From the IMG/VR virus record IMGVR_UViG_3300033233_000003: a DNA stretch of 50,278 nt, one strand, 5' to 3'. Position numbers and translations under genes: made by a program. Shown piece by piece: positions 37,793 through 46,154 of this stretch. Position 1 is the first letter of the stretch. The number at the start of each line of letters is the position of its first letter. The DNA is from an uncultured virus (IMG/VR IMGVR_UViG_3300033233_000003) (lineage: Duplodnaviria > Heunggongvirae > Uroviricota > Caudoviricetes). The notes below the pieces were generated by a model, which was not told where the DNA came from, searched no databases, and worked only from the letters and a program-made list of their open reading frames with translations.

Positions 37793-38028
37793 GCGAGCAC
37801 TGCGATCGATGCGGAGAGCCCACGATGCCCGGCAGCGCGCTCTGCCGCGCCTGCATCGAGCAGGATCAATGGCGTTCCAGACATCCACCCGAAAAGCAAC
37901 CCGAGCCATGCGACAGCTGTTTCGGAAACGGAGAAGGCCCATTCGACGACTGCCCCGAGTGCGCTGGAAGCGGCATGAAGCATCTGTTCACCACGCGGTC
38001 GCCTTCGGCGCCGCTGGGCAAAAGCTGA
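37789..38028 (+). CDS. Zn-finger protein (CxxCxGxG repeats)
   Basis: CDRC, CRAC, CDSCFGNG, CPECAGSG. Confidence 0.65.
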   Translation: MSEHCDRCGEPTMPGSALCRACIEQDQWRSRHPPEKQPEPCDSCFGNGEGPFDDCPECAGSGMKHLFTTRSPSAPLGKS

Positions 38029-38032
38029 CACC

Positions 38033-38851
38033 ATGCCGCGGCTGCACGTCCTTTCAGACCTTCATTTCGAGTTCATGGCTGACGCCGGCCGCAGCTTCGT
38101 CGAGAGCCTGCCGTCCGCCGAGGAGACAGGCGCTGACGCGCTCGTCGTCGCGGGCGACCTCTGTCCGGTGCCCGGCATGTACGGCGTCTTCGCCAAGAGA
38201 TCCCTGCCCGACGCGCTCGGACTCCTCTGCGACAAGTACCCGCTCGTGATCTTCGTTTCTGGCAACCACGAGTTCTACGGCTCGACCAAGCCGGCGCTCG
38301 ACGAGTGGCGCGTGAAGATCCTCACGAGCCCACGCTGCCGGAACCTCCGCTGGCTCGATCACGAGATCTGCACTGTCGGTGATGTACGCGTCCTCGGCAC
38401 GCCGCTGTGGTTTCACAAAAACAACCACGCACCGAAGCACCAGATGAATGACTTCAGCGTCATCTCCGACTTCGAGGAGTGGGTCTACGAGGAGAACGAG
38501 CAGGCCGAGAACTTCCTGCGCGCCGAGCTGCACGAGGGCGACGTGCTCCTCACACATTACCTCCCGAGCCAAGAGTCCGTCGCGCCGCAGTTTGCGGGCT
38601 CGCCGCTCAACGCGTTCTTCGTCTGCGACATCGAGGACCTCATCGCCGTGCGCAAGCCGCAGCTCGCCATCCACGGACACACCCACACGTCTATGCGATA
38701 CTCGCTCGGAGCGCCGCGCGTCATCTGCAACCCGTTCGGCTACGCGGGACACGAGGTCAACCCGGAGTTCGACCCCGGGCTCGTCGTCGAGATCACTCCA
38801 AACGCGGCCGCCTTCGGCGCCGCTGGTTCAAAGAGCATCCCGCTCCCGTAG
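38033..38851 (+). CDS. calcineurin-like metallophosphoesterase
   Basis: SDLH, AGDL, GNHE, THY, HGHTH, NPFGY. Confidence 0.93.
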   Translation: MPRLHVLSDLHFEFMADAGRSFVESLPSAEETGADALVVAGDLCPVPGMYGVFAKRSLPDALGLLCDKYPLVIFVSGNHEFYGSTKPALDEWRVKILTSPRCRNLRWLDHEICTVGDVRVLGTPLWFHKNNHAPKHQMNDFSVISDFEEWVYEENEQAENFLRAELHEGDVLLTHYLPSQESVAPQFAGSPLNAFFVCDIEDLIAVRKPQLAIHGHTHTSMRYSLGAPRVICNPFGYAGHEVNPEFDPGLVVEITPNAAAFGAAGSKSIPLP

Positions 38852-38885
38852 CCCCGCCGATCTCACCGATGCTACGATCTCGACC

Positions 38886-39431
38886 ATGAGTGTCCTCCTC
38901 CGCACGCGAGTCGAAGGTGTGTCTGTCGCCGGCATGGAGGTCGTCGGCACGCCTCTGACCGGCATGGTCGGCGTCGAGGCTCCCTGGGCCTTCTCCTATA
39001 GGGCGCTGCCGAACGGCGACTACGACTTGGCCTGGTTCTACACCGACAGGTTCCCGTTCATCGTCTACGTCGCCGCCAAGCGCGGCATGACCGAGAAGGG
39101 CGACTGGTTCCAGCCAGCGAGCAAGATCTTCACGCCAGCCGTCGACGCGATCGACCTGCGCGGCCTCGGCGGAGGCGAGAAGGTCGGCCCGAGCGCCATT
39201 CGCGCGCGAGGCGCGAGCGGCGACGAGATCGTGCTCGCCCCAGAGACCACGTTCGGAACGCTCGCGCAGGGCCCCGTGACCTCGTTCGCGAAGGCAGGAG
39301 GCGCATCGCCCTACGGCGACCTCTCCGGAGCCGCCCTCGGACCCATCGTGGCCAGGGCCTACTCTGGCATCACTAGCCTCGGGGCGACGCCGGCTATCTC
39401 TGCCAGCCCGCTCGGGTTCTTCGGTCTGTAG
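38886..39431 (+). CDS. hypothetical protein with LLRTR leader
   Basis: MSVLLRTRVEGVSVAG, in the frame of 38448..39431. Confidence 0.7.
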   Translation: MSVLLRTRVEGVSVAGMEVVGTPLTGMVGVEAPWAFSYRALPNGDYDLAWFYTDRFPFIVYVAAKRGMTEKGDWFQPASKIFTPAVDAIDLRGLGGGEKVGPSAIRARGASGDEIVLAPETTFGTLAQGPVTSFAKAGGASPYGDLSGAALGPIVARAYSGITSLGATPAISASPLGFFGL

Positions 39432-39446
39432 CGCATATTTCAATTC

Positions 39447-39465
39447 GTAGTGCAGATTGAATGAA
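39447..39465 (+). promoter_or_regulatory. 19-bp promoter-like motif, second copy
   Basis: Exact reverse complement of 22588-22606. Confidence 0.55.
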
Positions 39466-39605
39466 AAGACACCGCCACTCGTCTCAGGTAGAGGAGAATC
39501 TTCGATGCCCAGTCCGTCCATGGAAGCGTTCGTGAAGAAGCACCACCTCTCGATGAGGCATTCGATCACTCGATGTCGGTTAACAAGGATCGGAGTTAAC
39601 AGCCG

Positions 39606-40115
39606 ATGAGCAACTCAATCTTCCATGTCCGTCCGCTAGATAGCGGTAAAGGCTGGGCAATCGATGAATACGACGGACGCGGCGCTTGGCAGCACAGCGT
39701 GCCGATCGGGCCGGATGGAGCCCCAATGGACAAGATCCAGGCTCAACGCGCCGTCTTTCAACTGCGCCGGAAAGCGGTTAACAGCGCGAAACCGACCGCG
39801 CCGGTTAACAAGAAATGCCGATGCACTGGCCCTGAGTTCCACCCAATCGAGGGACACGATCCGGGGTGCGTGATCATGGCAGTGCCATCGGCGCCGCTGG
39901 ACTGGGAGTACCTCGAAGCCGAAGTGACCGAGCGCATCCGCGCTCTCGCCGCGACGATGGGCGACAAGTGCGACGCGCCGGCCGAGTTGAAAGCGAAACT
40001 CTACGCCGATCTCATCCAACCCAACGTGCGCTTGCTCGCTGAGTTCTGCACGAACGTGGCGTTCACAGACGAGGACCGAGAACCGCTCACTGACAATACG
40101 GGGTGCGACACATGA
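39606..40115 (+). CDS. hypothetical protein
   Basis: GGAG RBS; 169 aa. Confidence 0.6.
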   Translation: MSNSIFHVRPLDSGKGWAIDEYDGRGAWQHSVPIGPDGAPMDKIQAQRAVFQLRRKAVNSAKPTAPVNKKCRCTGPEFHPIEGHDPGCVIMAVPSAPLDWEYLEAEVTERIRALAATMGDKCDAPAELKAKLYADLIQPNVRLLAEFCTNVAFTDEDREPLTDNTGCDT

Positions 40116-40453
40116 ACGGGAATCCGCCGTGGCTTGCTGATGCCGCCGAGGCCCTCGGCGAATGTCGCCCTGAGGATGGCGCTCCGCTCGCGCTCAACTG
40201 GACGCATGTAATCGCTGCCATCAACGAGCTTCGCGAGGACCGCGACCACTGGAAGAAGCGCGCCGAGTCGGCCGAGTACGCGCTCGGCCCCTATCTGTGC
40301 CCGAAGTGCCGGAAATGCCTCTCGCCGCAGGAGCTCGACCACACCATGTGCCGCGCGTGCGCCGAGAAGGACATGGCCAAGCGACTCGGCGCCGGTCTCC
40401 TCGATCTGCCGTCTGACTGGTACGACCACACGCCGGATCGGGGGCCGCAGTGA
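40112..40453 (+). CDS. Zn-finger hypothetical protein
   Basis: CPKC...CRAC. Confidence 0.6.
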   Translation: MNGNPPWLADAAEALGECRPEDGAPLALNWTHVIAAINELREDRDHWKKRAESAEYALGPYLCPKCRKCLSPQELDHTMCRACAEKDMAKRLGAGLLDLPSDWYDHTPDRGPQ

Positions 40454-40647
40454 ACAAGCACCCCGCGAACAACGGCAAGGTCATGCTGTCGATCTGGGTC
40501 GAGGCGCCGCTGCGAGACTACGTGCGAGCCCGCGCGATGGAGGCGAAGCAGTCAGTCAGTGAGTGGGCCGGAAACGCGCTCATGGTGGCCGTGCTGAATA
40601 CGTCACTCGGTGCGTTCTGCTTTCCGCCGAAGGAGCCGAAGCCATGA
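40450..40647 (+). CDS. small RHH/CopG-like DNA-binding protein
   Basis: VMLSIWV...LRDYVRARA...SVSEW. Confidence 0.55.
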   Translation: MNKHPANNGKVMLSIWVEAPLRDYVRARAMEAKQSVSEWAGNALMVAVLNTSLGAFCFPPKEPKP

Positions 40648-41117
40648 ACCCGAAGGTCATCCACGCACAACGGGCCTGCGAAGCCGCCAAAGCCCGGCAA
40701 GCCGTCGTCGTGTTCCTCGACGAGGTAGGCCAGTACGCCGTTGCCAGCTACGGCGAGACGAAGGCCGAGTGCGCTGCCGTCAAGCCGCTCTGCAACGCCA
40801 TTGCCGATGCGCTCGATGAGGGCGAGCTGCCGATGCCTGGTGGGGGTTCGCGATTAGGCGGCGAGCGCAAAAGCGAGCGGCAACGCGAGTTCGATTCACT
40901 CGTCGCAGAGCGCGACAAGTACCACACTCAATCGCAGGACTTGGAAAAGAAGCTCGCCGCCATCGCCACACTGGTCTCGATCTACGACAACCAGGACGAG
41001 CCCGAGGGACAGGTGTCAGCCCGCCGTGCGCTCACGGCCATCGGCGAGACCATCGGCGACTCGTGCTCGGTCTGCCGCAGCAGGCACGGCTCAGAGGTGC
41101 GTCATGCGTGCGAATAG
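40644..41117 (+). CDS. hypothetical phage protein
   Basis: AAGGAG RBS; ASYGETKAEC. Confidence 0.7.
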   Translation: MNPKVIHAQRACEAAKARQAVVVFLDEVGQYAVASYGETKAECAAVKPLCNAIADALDEGELPMPGGGSRLGGERKSERQREFDSLVAERDKYHTQSQDLEKKLAAIATLVSIYDNQDEPEGQVSARRALTAIGETIGDSCSVCRSRHGSEVRHACE

Positions 41118-41153
41118 AGAGCGGGGAGAACATGGGACTGAGAACGCTGGTTC

Positions 41154-41549
41154 GTGCAGCGGACCCGAATGGGGACGTGCGAGAGCATCGATCGAAATCC
41201 GCTCATGGAGGGCGACGAATGGTCGAAGACGGCGAACCACTGGCGTTGCAAGATCGTCGCCCGAGCCGGCGGCAAGAAGCGCACGCTCAGCACCTACTTC
41301 TCGAAGGGCTCTGGCCACCACGGCGCCGAGCCGAGGATCACGGAGGTCTTCTCGGCACTGTCGCTCGATGCCATGGGCTTCGAGAACGCGAAGGACTTCG
41401 ACGACTGGGCGAGCGAATACGGCTACAGCACCGACTCGCGGAAGGCCGAGCACGCCTACAGGGCCGTCGGCAAGCAGGCCGCTTCCCTCAAGCAGCTGCT
41501 CGGCGAGGCCGCCTTCGACGAACTCCTCTACAAGACCGAGAGCGACTAG
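41154..41549 (+). CDS. hypothetical phage protein (true start may be ATG 41132 with a frameshift)
   Basis: FDDWASEYGYSTDSRKAE motif; the best RBS precedes the out-of-frame ATG at 41132. Confidence 0.7.
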   Translation: MQRTRMGTCESIDRNPLMEGDEWSKTANHWRCKIVARAGGKKRTLSTYFSKGSGHHGAEPRITEVFSALSLDAMGFENAKDFDDWASEYGYSTDSRKAEHAYRAVGKQAASLKQLLGEAAFDELLYKTESD

Positions 41550-41563
41550 GAGCAATCCGCATC

Positions 41564-41969
41564 ATGCCCATCCCCACCCAGGCCGAGTACGAGCGCAACG
41601 AACGCCAGCTCTTCCTCGCGAACCTCCGCGAGGTCGACGCCGACTGGAAGAAGCTCTCCCTCGCCGAGCGCCGCGCCGAGGAGCAGAAGTTCTACGAGGC
41701 CATGGCGCACGATCCGGGCCTCGTCGCCGAGCGCATCGACTGGATCCTCGACGGCTCCTAACGGCAAGGGCGCCTACGACGCAGCTCACGAGGTTCTCAC
41801 CAACACGCGCATGAATCGCGAGGCCTGGCTCACGCACACCGTCGCCGCCGCCGAGTGGCAGATTCCCCAGAGCGCTGCGATCCGAGCCTGGAAGAGGCTC
41901 ACGACGGGCCAGCAGAAGTCGCTCGATCTGCACGTTCGACGCGCCATGAAGGCCGTCTCCGAAAGGTGA
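41564..41969 (+). pseudogene. hypothetical protein interrupted by a 1-nt insertion at about 41760
   Basis: MPIPTQAEYE...WILDGS stop; removing one A in TCCTAACGGC gives GSYGKGAY...KAVSER with a stop at 41969. Confidence 0.6.
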
Positions 41970-42064
41970 TCACAAGCAGCTTGTTCCGCACAACCTCACC
42001 GTGCTACGGTCCTCTCTCCACTCTCGTTGCGGCTTGACCGCAGCCACCCCGGGGAGCATCCAAG

Positions 42065-42670
42065 ATGACCGAGCAGGAAAGCGGCGCCGAGGCGCGTCAG
42101 CAGGAGCCCACGTCGCAGCCGACGCCGCAGAACGGCACAGGCCCCCAGGCTCCGCAGGTCACACCGGGCAGACCGAAAGTCAAGCCGAGCGGCACCGAAG
42201 GTGTCCGCGCTGGGACGGAGGCCTCCGACAAGCCCACGCCCACGCCCACGCCCGCCAGCGTCGCGTCCACGCCCACCCCCGCCGCAGCGCCTCGCCCCGT
42301 CCGGCGCACCGCGCTCGTCCGGTGCAAGGGCGTCCTCTGCGTCCCAGGCAAGAAGGAGATCGTCACCTTCAACATGGGTCGCGAGTTCCATCCCGAACGC
42401 ATCGTGCTCCACCACCTCTGCGTCCGAGGCCTCCTCATCGAGGACATCCGCGTCCGCAAGGAGGGCTCGACCGACCTCGGCGTGAGCAAGCTCGACGGCG
42501 AAGGCGAACTCATCGGCGAGGCCTTCATCGCCTCCATCGCTGAGAACCACACGCCGGACCTCGGCATGATCGAGAAGAACGGCGCGGTCGACCTGCACGT
42601 GAAGAACGTCGCCCCCAACCCCGTCATGGTCCACGGCCACATCCTCGGCTTCGTTTATGCCGTGCCCTGA
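42065..42670 (+). CDS. Pro-rich N-terminus plus C-terminal beta-sandwich domain
   Basis: GGGGAG RBS; FHPERIVL...IEDIRV...VDLHVKN...VHGHILG. Confidence 0.75.
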   Translation: MTEQESGAEARQQEPTSQPTPQNGTGPQAPQVTPGRPKVKPSGTEGVRAGTEASDKPTPTPTPASVASTPTPAAAPRPVRRTALVRCKGVLCVPGKKEIVTFNMGREFHPERIVLHHLCVRGLLIEDIRVRKEGSTDLGVSKLDGEGELIGEAFIASIAENHTPDLGMIEKNGAVDLHVKNVAPNPVMVHGHILGFVYAVP

Positions 42671-42779
42671 CACGCGCCCTCTTGCCGAGCCCTGACATGC
42701 GCCTTCGACACGTGGTTCACCAAAACGAATCGCATCGAACAACAACGACACGCCTGAGAGACGAGAGACGGGTGAAGTG

Positions 42780-43616
42780 ATGATGGAGGCCTGGCATCAG
42801 CTCAGAGCGGCGCTCGGCGCCGTCGGGCCCGCGCTCGTCACGTTCCTCTTGCTCAGCACGATCCATGCGTACAGCAAGCGCGGGATGTCGGAGTTCAACG
42901 TCCCGCCGCGATTCAAGATCGGCACACGCACGATCGAGCCGCTCACGACCATCCCTCTCGATCTCTTCGTCGCAGTCGTCACGCTCCCCGTCGGCCTCGC
43001 GCGACACGGCGACCTTCGCGTCATGATCGGCCTCGGCGCGCTGACCTACTACGCCGCCGGCATGCTGCAGATCCTCGTGAGGATCCCGAGGGAGAGCGTC
43101 CTCTACGAGATGGAATTTCGATCCATGCTCGCGGCCAGAGTGCGCAATCCCGATCATGCCGCCGAGATCTCCGAGACCTTCGAGCACAACGTCTCAAGCC
43201 TCTGCGCGAACCTCCCCGCGTGGCAGAAGCGCCGCATCGAGCTGCGCGTCGCGAAGACGCCGCTGCCAAGGTGGACCGCCGGAGTCACCTACGACACTGC
43301 CACCGGATTCACGACAGACGACGGCTTGTCCGAAGCCCAGCGGAAGGCCGTGCAGTTGATCTTCGACGAGATGGACCGGGCCGATCTCGAACCGCTCGCG
43401 CGATACGAGGGGCTGCTCCAACATCTGCGACGCTGTCGCACCGACGACGGGCTTCCCTTCCCGGAGGTAGAGCGCGCATTCATCCAAAAACTCGACCAGC
43501 TGTCGGCCAAGATGGACCCGGACGACGTGGTGAAGGCCGCGAGCCTGCTGGCCAACTACGCGTGTGAGACCTACACGAGTGAGGCTTCCAAGAGCGGCAA
43601 GAAGGACATCCCGTGA
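42780..43616 (+). CDS. membrane protein
   Basis: About three hydrophobic segments in the N-terminal part; GTGA coupling to the next gene. Confidence 0.75.
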   Translation: MMEAWHQLRAALGAVGPALVTFLLLSTIHAYSKRGMSEFNVPPRFKIGTRTIEPLTTIPLDLFVAVVTLPVGLARHGDLRVMIGLGALTYYAAGMLQILVRIPRESVLYEMEFRSMLAARVRNPDHAAEISETFEHNVSSLCANLPAWQKRRIELRVAKTPLPRWTAGVTYDTATGFTTDDGLSEAQRKAVQLIFDEMDRADLEPLARYEGLLQHLRRCRTDDGLPFPEVERAFIQKLDQLSAKMDPDDVVKAASLLANYACETYTSEASKSGKKDIP

Positions 43617-44476
43617 AGATCTGGGTCCTCGGCGCATCCGGCATGCTCGGTCACAAAGTCTGCGAAGTCCTTGGTAAGCGTCACGAGGCGGTCGGGTTCT
43701 CACGCAGTGCCACAGATCCAGGCGGAGATGGGCTCGTCTGCGACTTCTCAAGGGAAAGCGATCGTCACGACTTCGAGTCCAAAACCATGCCCGATGCAAT
43801 CGTCAACTGCGTGGGTGTCATCAAGCAACGTCCGAAAGCCGAGGCGGATTCGGCCGACACCATCCTCATCAACAGCTTCCTACCACATTGGCTCGCACGC
43901 CTGCCGACTCGACTCATCCACATCAGCACAGACTGCGTCTTCGACGGCACTCTGCCGTCTGGACAGTCCTATACAGAGCACGACACGCCAAACGCGACTG
44001 ATCTGTACGGTCGAAGCAAGATGCTGGGCGAAATCGTGAACCGCCCCAATGCGCTCACGCTTAGGACCTCGATCCTCGGCCGAGAGAGATCCAGGCACTT
44101 GGGCCTCCTCGATTGGTTCTTGTCCCAAGGCGGAAGAACCGTTCGCGGCTTTGAACAACACATCTTCTCGGGCGTCTCAACCAGCTATCTCGCCTGGCTC
44201 ATCGGACTCATCCTCGAAGAAAAGGCCACGCTCCATGGTCTCTATCACGTGACTTCAGCGGCACTCAACAAACGAAGACTCTTGGAAATCCTACGTGACG
44301 CGCTCGACATGGATGTCCAGATCCAGGTCGACCAACAAACGCCACCATGCAATCGCGCTCTCTCTGGTGCGCTTCTCCAGAAGACCATCGGGATCGTGCA
44401 ACCGACATGGTTTGAACTTGCAGACGGCATCGCGCGCGATGCGGCCGAATATCCGAAAGTGCGGCCATGTCCCTGA
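43613..44476 (+). CDS. RmlD-like NDP-4-keto-6-deoxysugar reductase (SDR)
   Basis: GASGMLG, HISTDCVFDG, YGRSK. Confidence 0.9.
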   Translation: MKIWVLGASGMLGHKVCEVLGKRHEAVGFSRSATDPGGDGLVCDFSRESDRHDFESKTMPDAIVNCVGVIKQRPKAEADSADTILINSFLPHWLARLPTRLIHISTDCVFDGTLPSGQSYTEHDTPNATDLYGRSKMLGEIVNRPNALTLRTSILGRERSRHLGLLDWFLSQGGRTVRGFEQHIFSGVSTSYLAWLIGLILEEKATLHGLYHVTSAALNKRRLLEILRDALDMDVQIQVDQQTPPCNRALSGALLQKTIGIVQPTWFELADGIARDAAEYPKVRPCP

Positions 44477-45543
44477 AGGAGAGGATGCCGCCTCTCGCCG
44501 GTGCCTCAGTTCTCATCACCGGCGGCACTGGCTCGCTCGGCAAGAACCTGATCCGGCGTATCTTGACAGGCGAGGCGGGTCAACCGAGTCGCATCACGGT
44601 GTTCTCCCGAGATGAAGCGAAGCAGCACGCCCTCGCACTCTCGCTAGAAGAAGCTTGCAAGACGTCGAAGACCCACGTGGATTTCCGTCTCGGCGACGTG
44701 CGCGATCCAGACGACATAGACTCAGTCATCGCCGAAGCCGAAATCGTCATCAACGCGGCCGCGCTCAAACAAGTCCCAACCTGCGAGCACCAGCCATTCG
44801 AGGCCGTCAAGACGAACGTGATCGGCGCTGAGAACATCGTGCGCGCAGTAGAGCGGCACGATCGCAATACGGAACGCGTTGCGCGCACAGTGGTATGCAT
44901 CTCCACCGACAAGGCGTGCAAGCCCGTCAACGCGATGGGAATGAGCAAGGCACTCCAAGAGCGCATCTTTCTGCACGAAGGCAATGCGCGTTGTTTGGGC
45001 TCCCGTTTCATCGCCGTCCGTTACGGTAACGTGATCGCCTCACGCGGATCGGTCCTGCCACTGTTCCGAGATCAGATCCGGCGCGGTGAGCCTTGTACGA
45101 TCACGACGATTGAGATGACGCGATTCCTACTCACGCTAGATCAGGCCATCGACACCATCTTCGCGGCCCTGGCCATTGGCCATCGAGGCGAACTCTTCGT
45201 GCCTTGCGTCGGAAGCGCGAACATCCTGGATGTGGTGGACGCAGCCTTTCGGCTTTGGAGCCCCAAACAATCCTGTTCCTACAGGGTCACGGGCATCCGG
45301 CCCGGCGAGAAGATCCACGAGATATTACTGAGCGAGGAAGAATGCCCGCGTACGAGCCGACGAAGCGTCAACGGCAAACCCTACTTCGTCATCTCACCTT
45401 CCGTGCCTGTTGAGCCCACCGATACATTGCTTGGCATCAGCCCGAGCCACCCGAACCATGAATACAGCTCGGCCGACAACGTGATGAGCGTGTCTGCCAT
45501 CTATGATCTGTTGCGCAACGTCGATGTCGACGCCGCATCCTGA
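44467..45543 (+). CDS. UDP-GlcNAc 4,6-dehydratase/epimerase (FnlA/CapE/PseB-like)
   Basis: TGGTGSLG, SRDE, AAALKQVP, STDKA, MGMSK, RYGNVIASRGSV, GIRPGEKIHE. Confidence 0.92.
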   Translation: MSLKERMPPLAGASVLITGGTGSLGKNLIRRILTGEAGQPSRITVFSRDEAKQHALALSLEEACKTSKTHVDFRLGDVRDPDDIDSVIAEAEIVINAAALKQVPTCEHQPFEAVKTNVIGAENIVRAVERHDRNTERVARTVVCISTDKACKPVNAMGMSKALQERIFLHEGNARCLGSRFIAVRYGNVIASRGSVLPLFRDQIRRGEPCTITTIEMTRFLLTLDQAIDTIFAALAIGHRGELFVPCVGSANILDVVDAAFRLWSPKQSCSYRVTGIRPGEKIHEILLSEEECPRTSRRSVNGKPYFVISPSVPVEPTDTLLGISPSHPNHEYSSADNVMSVSAIYDLLRNVDVDAAS

Positions 45544-45560
45544 GACTCCTTGAGCTTGAT

Positions 45561-46154
45561 ATGGATCGCATCCACCTCATCCAGGCTCTCATCGATCGAC
45601 GCGCTTACCAGTCTTATCTGGAGATTGGTTGCTACCTCAACGAATGCTTCTCCGTCGTTCGCTGCCGGCGCAAGGTCGGCGTGGACCCCGTCTGTGGCGG
45701 GACCCTCAAAACCACCAGCGACGCATTCTTCTCCAGCAATCAGGAACGATTCGACCTCATCTTCATCGACGGCGATCACCACCACTCCCAGGCCTCACGT
45801 GATCTTCATCACGCCATCGAGGCACTCTCCGAGGGAGGCGCAATCGTCATGCATGACTGTAACCCGCACAACGAGCAGTACGAGGGCATCACCTACTGTG
45901 GAACCGCGTGGCGCGCGTTTGCCGCTGCCCGTGAGTCACCCAATCTCCGTGCGGCCGTCTTCGACTTTGACCACGGCGTCGGCGTCATTTTTCGGGAACC
46001 CAATCCAAATCCGATCCAGATTCACAAAAGCCTCGACGAACTCGTCTACCAAGACCTCGTCGAGCACCGCAGTGATTGGATGAATCTCAGCCCCGCAACC
46101 GACCTTGAAGCCTTCATCTCGCGCACCACGTCTTCAATGGAGCAAAGGCGATGA
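45561..46154 (+). CDS. class I SAM-dependent methyltransferase (Methyltransf_24-like)
   Basis: YLEIG, GVDP, FDLIFIDGDH, VMHD. Confidence 0.85.
   Translation: MDRIHLIQALIDRRAYQSYLEIGCYLNECFSVVRCRRKVGVDPVCGGTLKTTSDAFFSSNQERFDLIFIDGDHHHSQASRDLHHAIEALSEGGAIVMHDCNPHNEQYEGITYCGTAWRAFAAARESPNLRAAVFDFDHGVGVIFREPNPNPIQIHKSLDELVYQDLVEHRSDWMNLSPATDLEAFISRTTSSMEQRR

Larger units (their letters stand above)
4557..42213. repeat. dispersed ~26-bp bulged hairpin family, about 19 copies
   Basis: Consensus CCA-GCGG-CGCC-GNA-GGCG-A-CCGC-GT. Plus strand: 4557, 9241, 10033, 13591, 14015, 25829, 29545, 33925, 42186, degenerate 33186. Minus strand: 20351, 21676, 22108, 23433, 28703, 37991, 38801, degenerate 20069 and 39878. 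Confidence 0.9.

Noticed and set aside
4557..42213. Hairpin family as a CRISPR array or integron attC sites
   Set aside because: Copies are dispersed, in both orientations and intragenic. They are far shorter than attC sites, and no cas or integrase gene is visible.
4557..42213. Hairpins as intrinsic terminators
   Set aside because: There are no U-tracts, many lie mid-gene, and orientation is unrelated to transcription.
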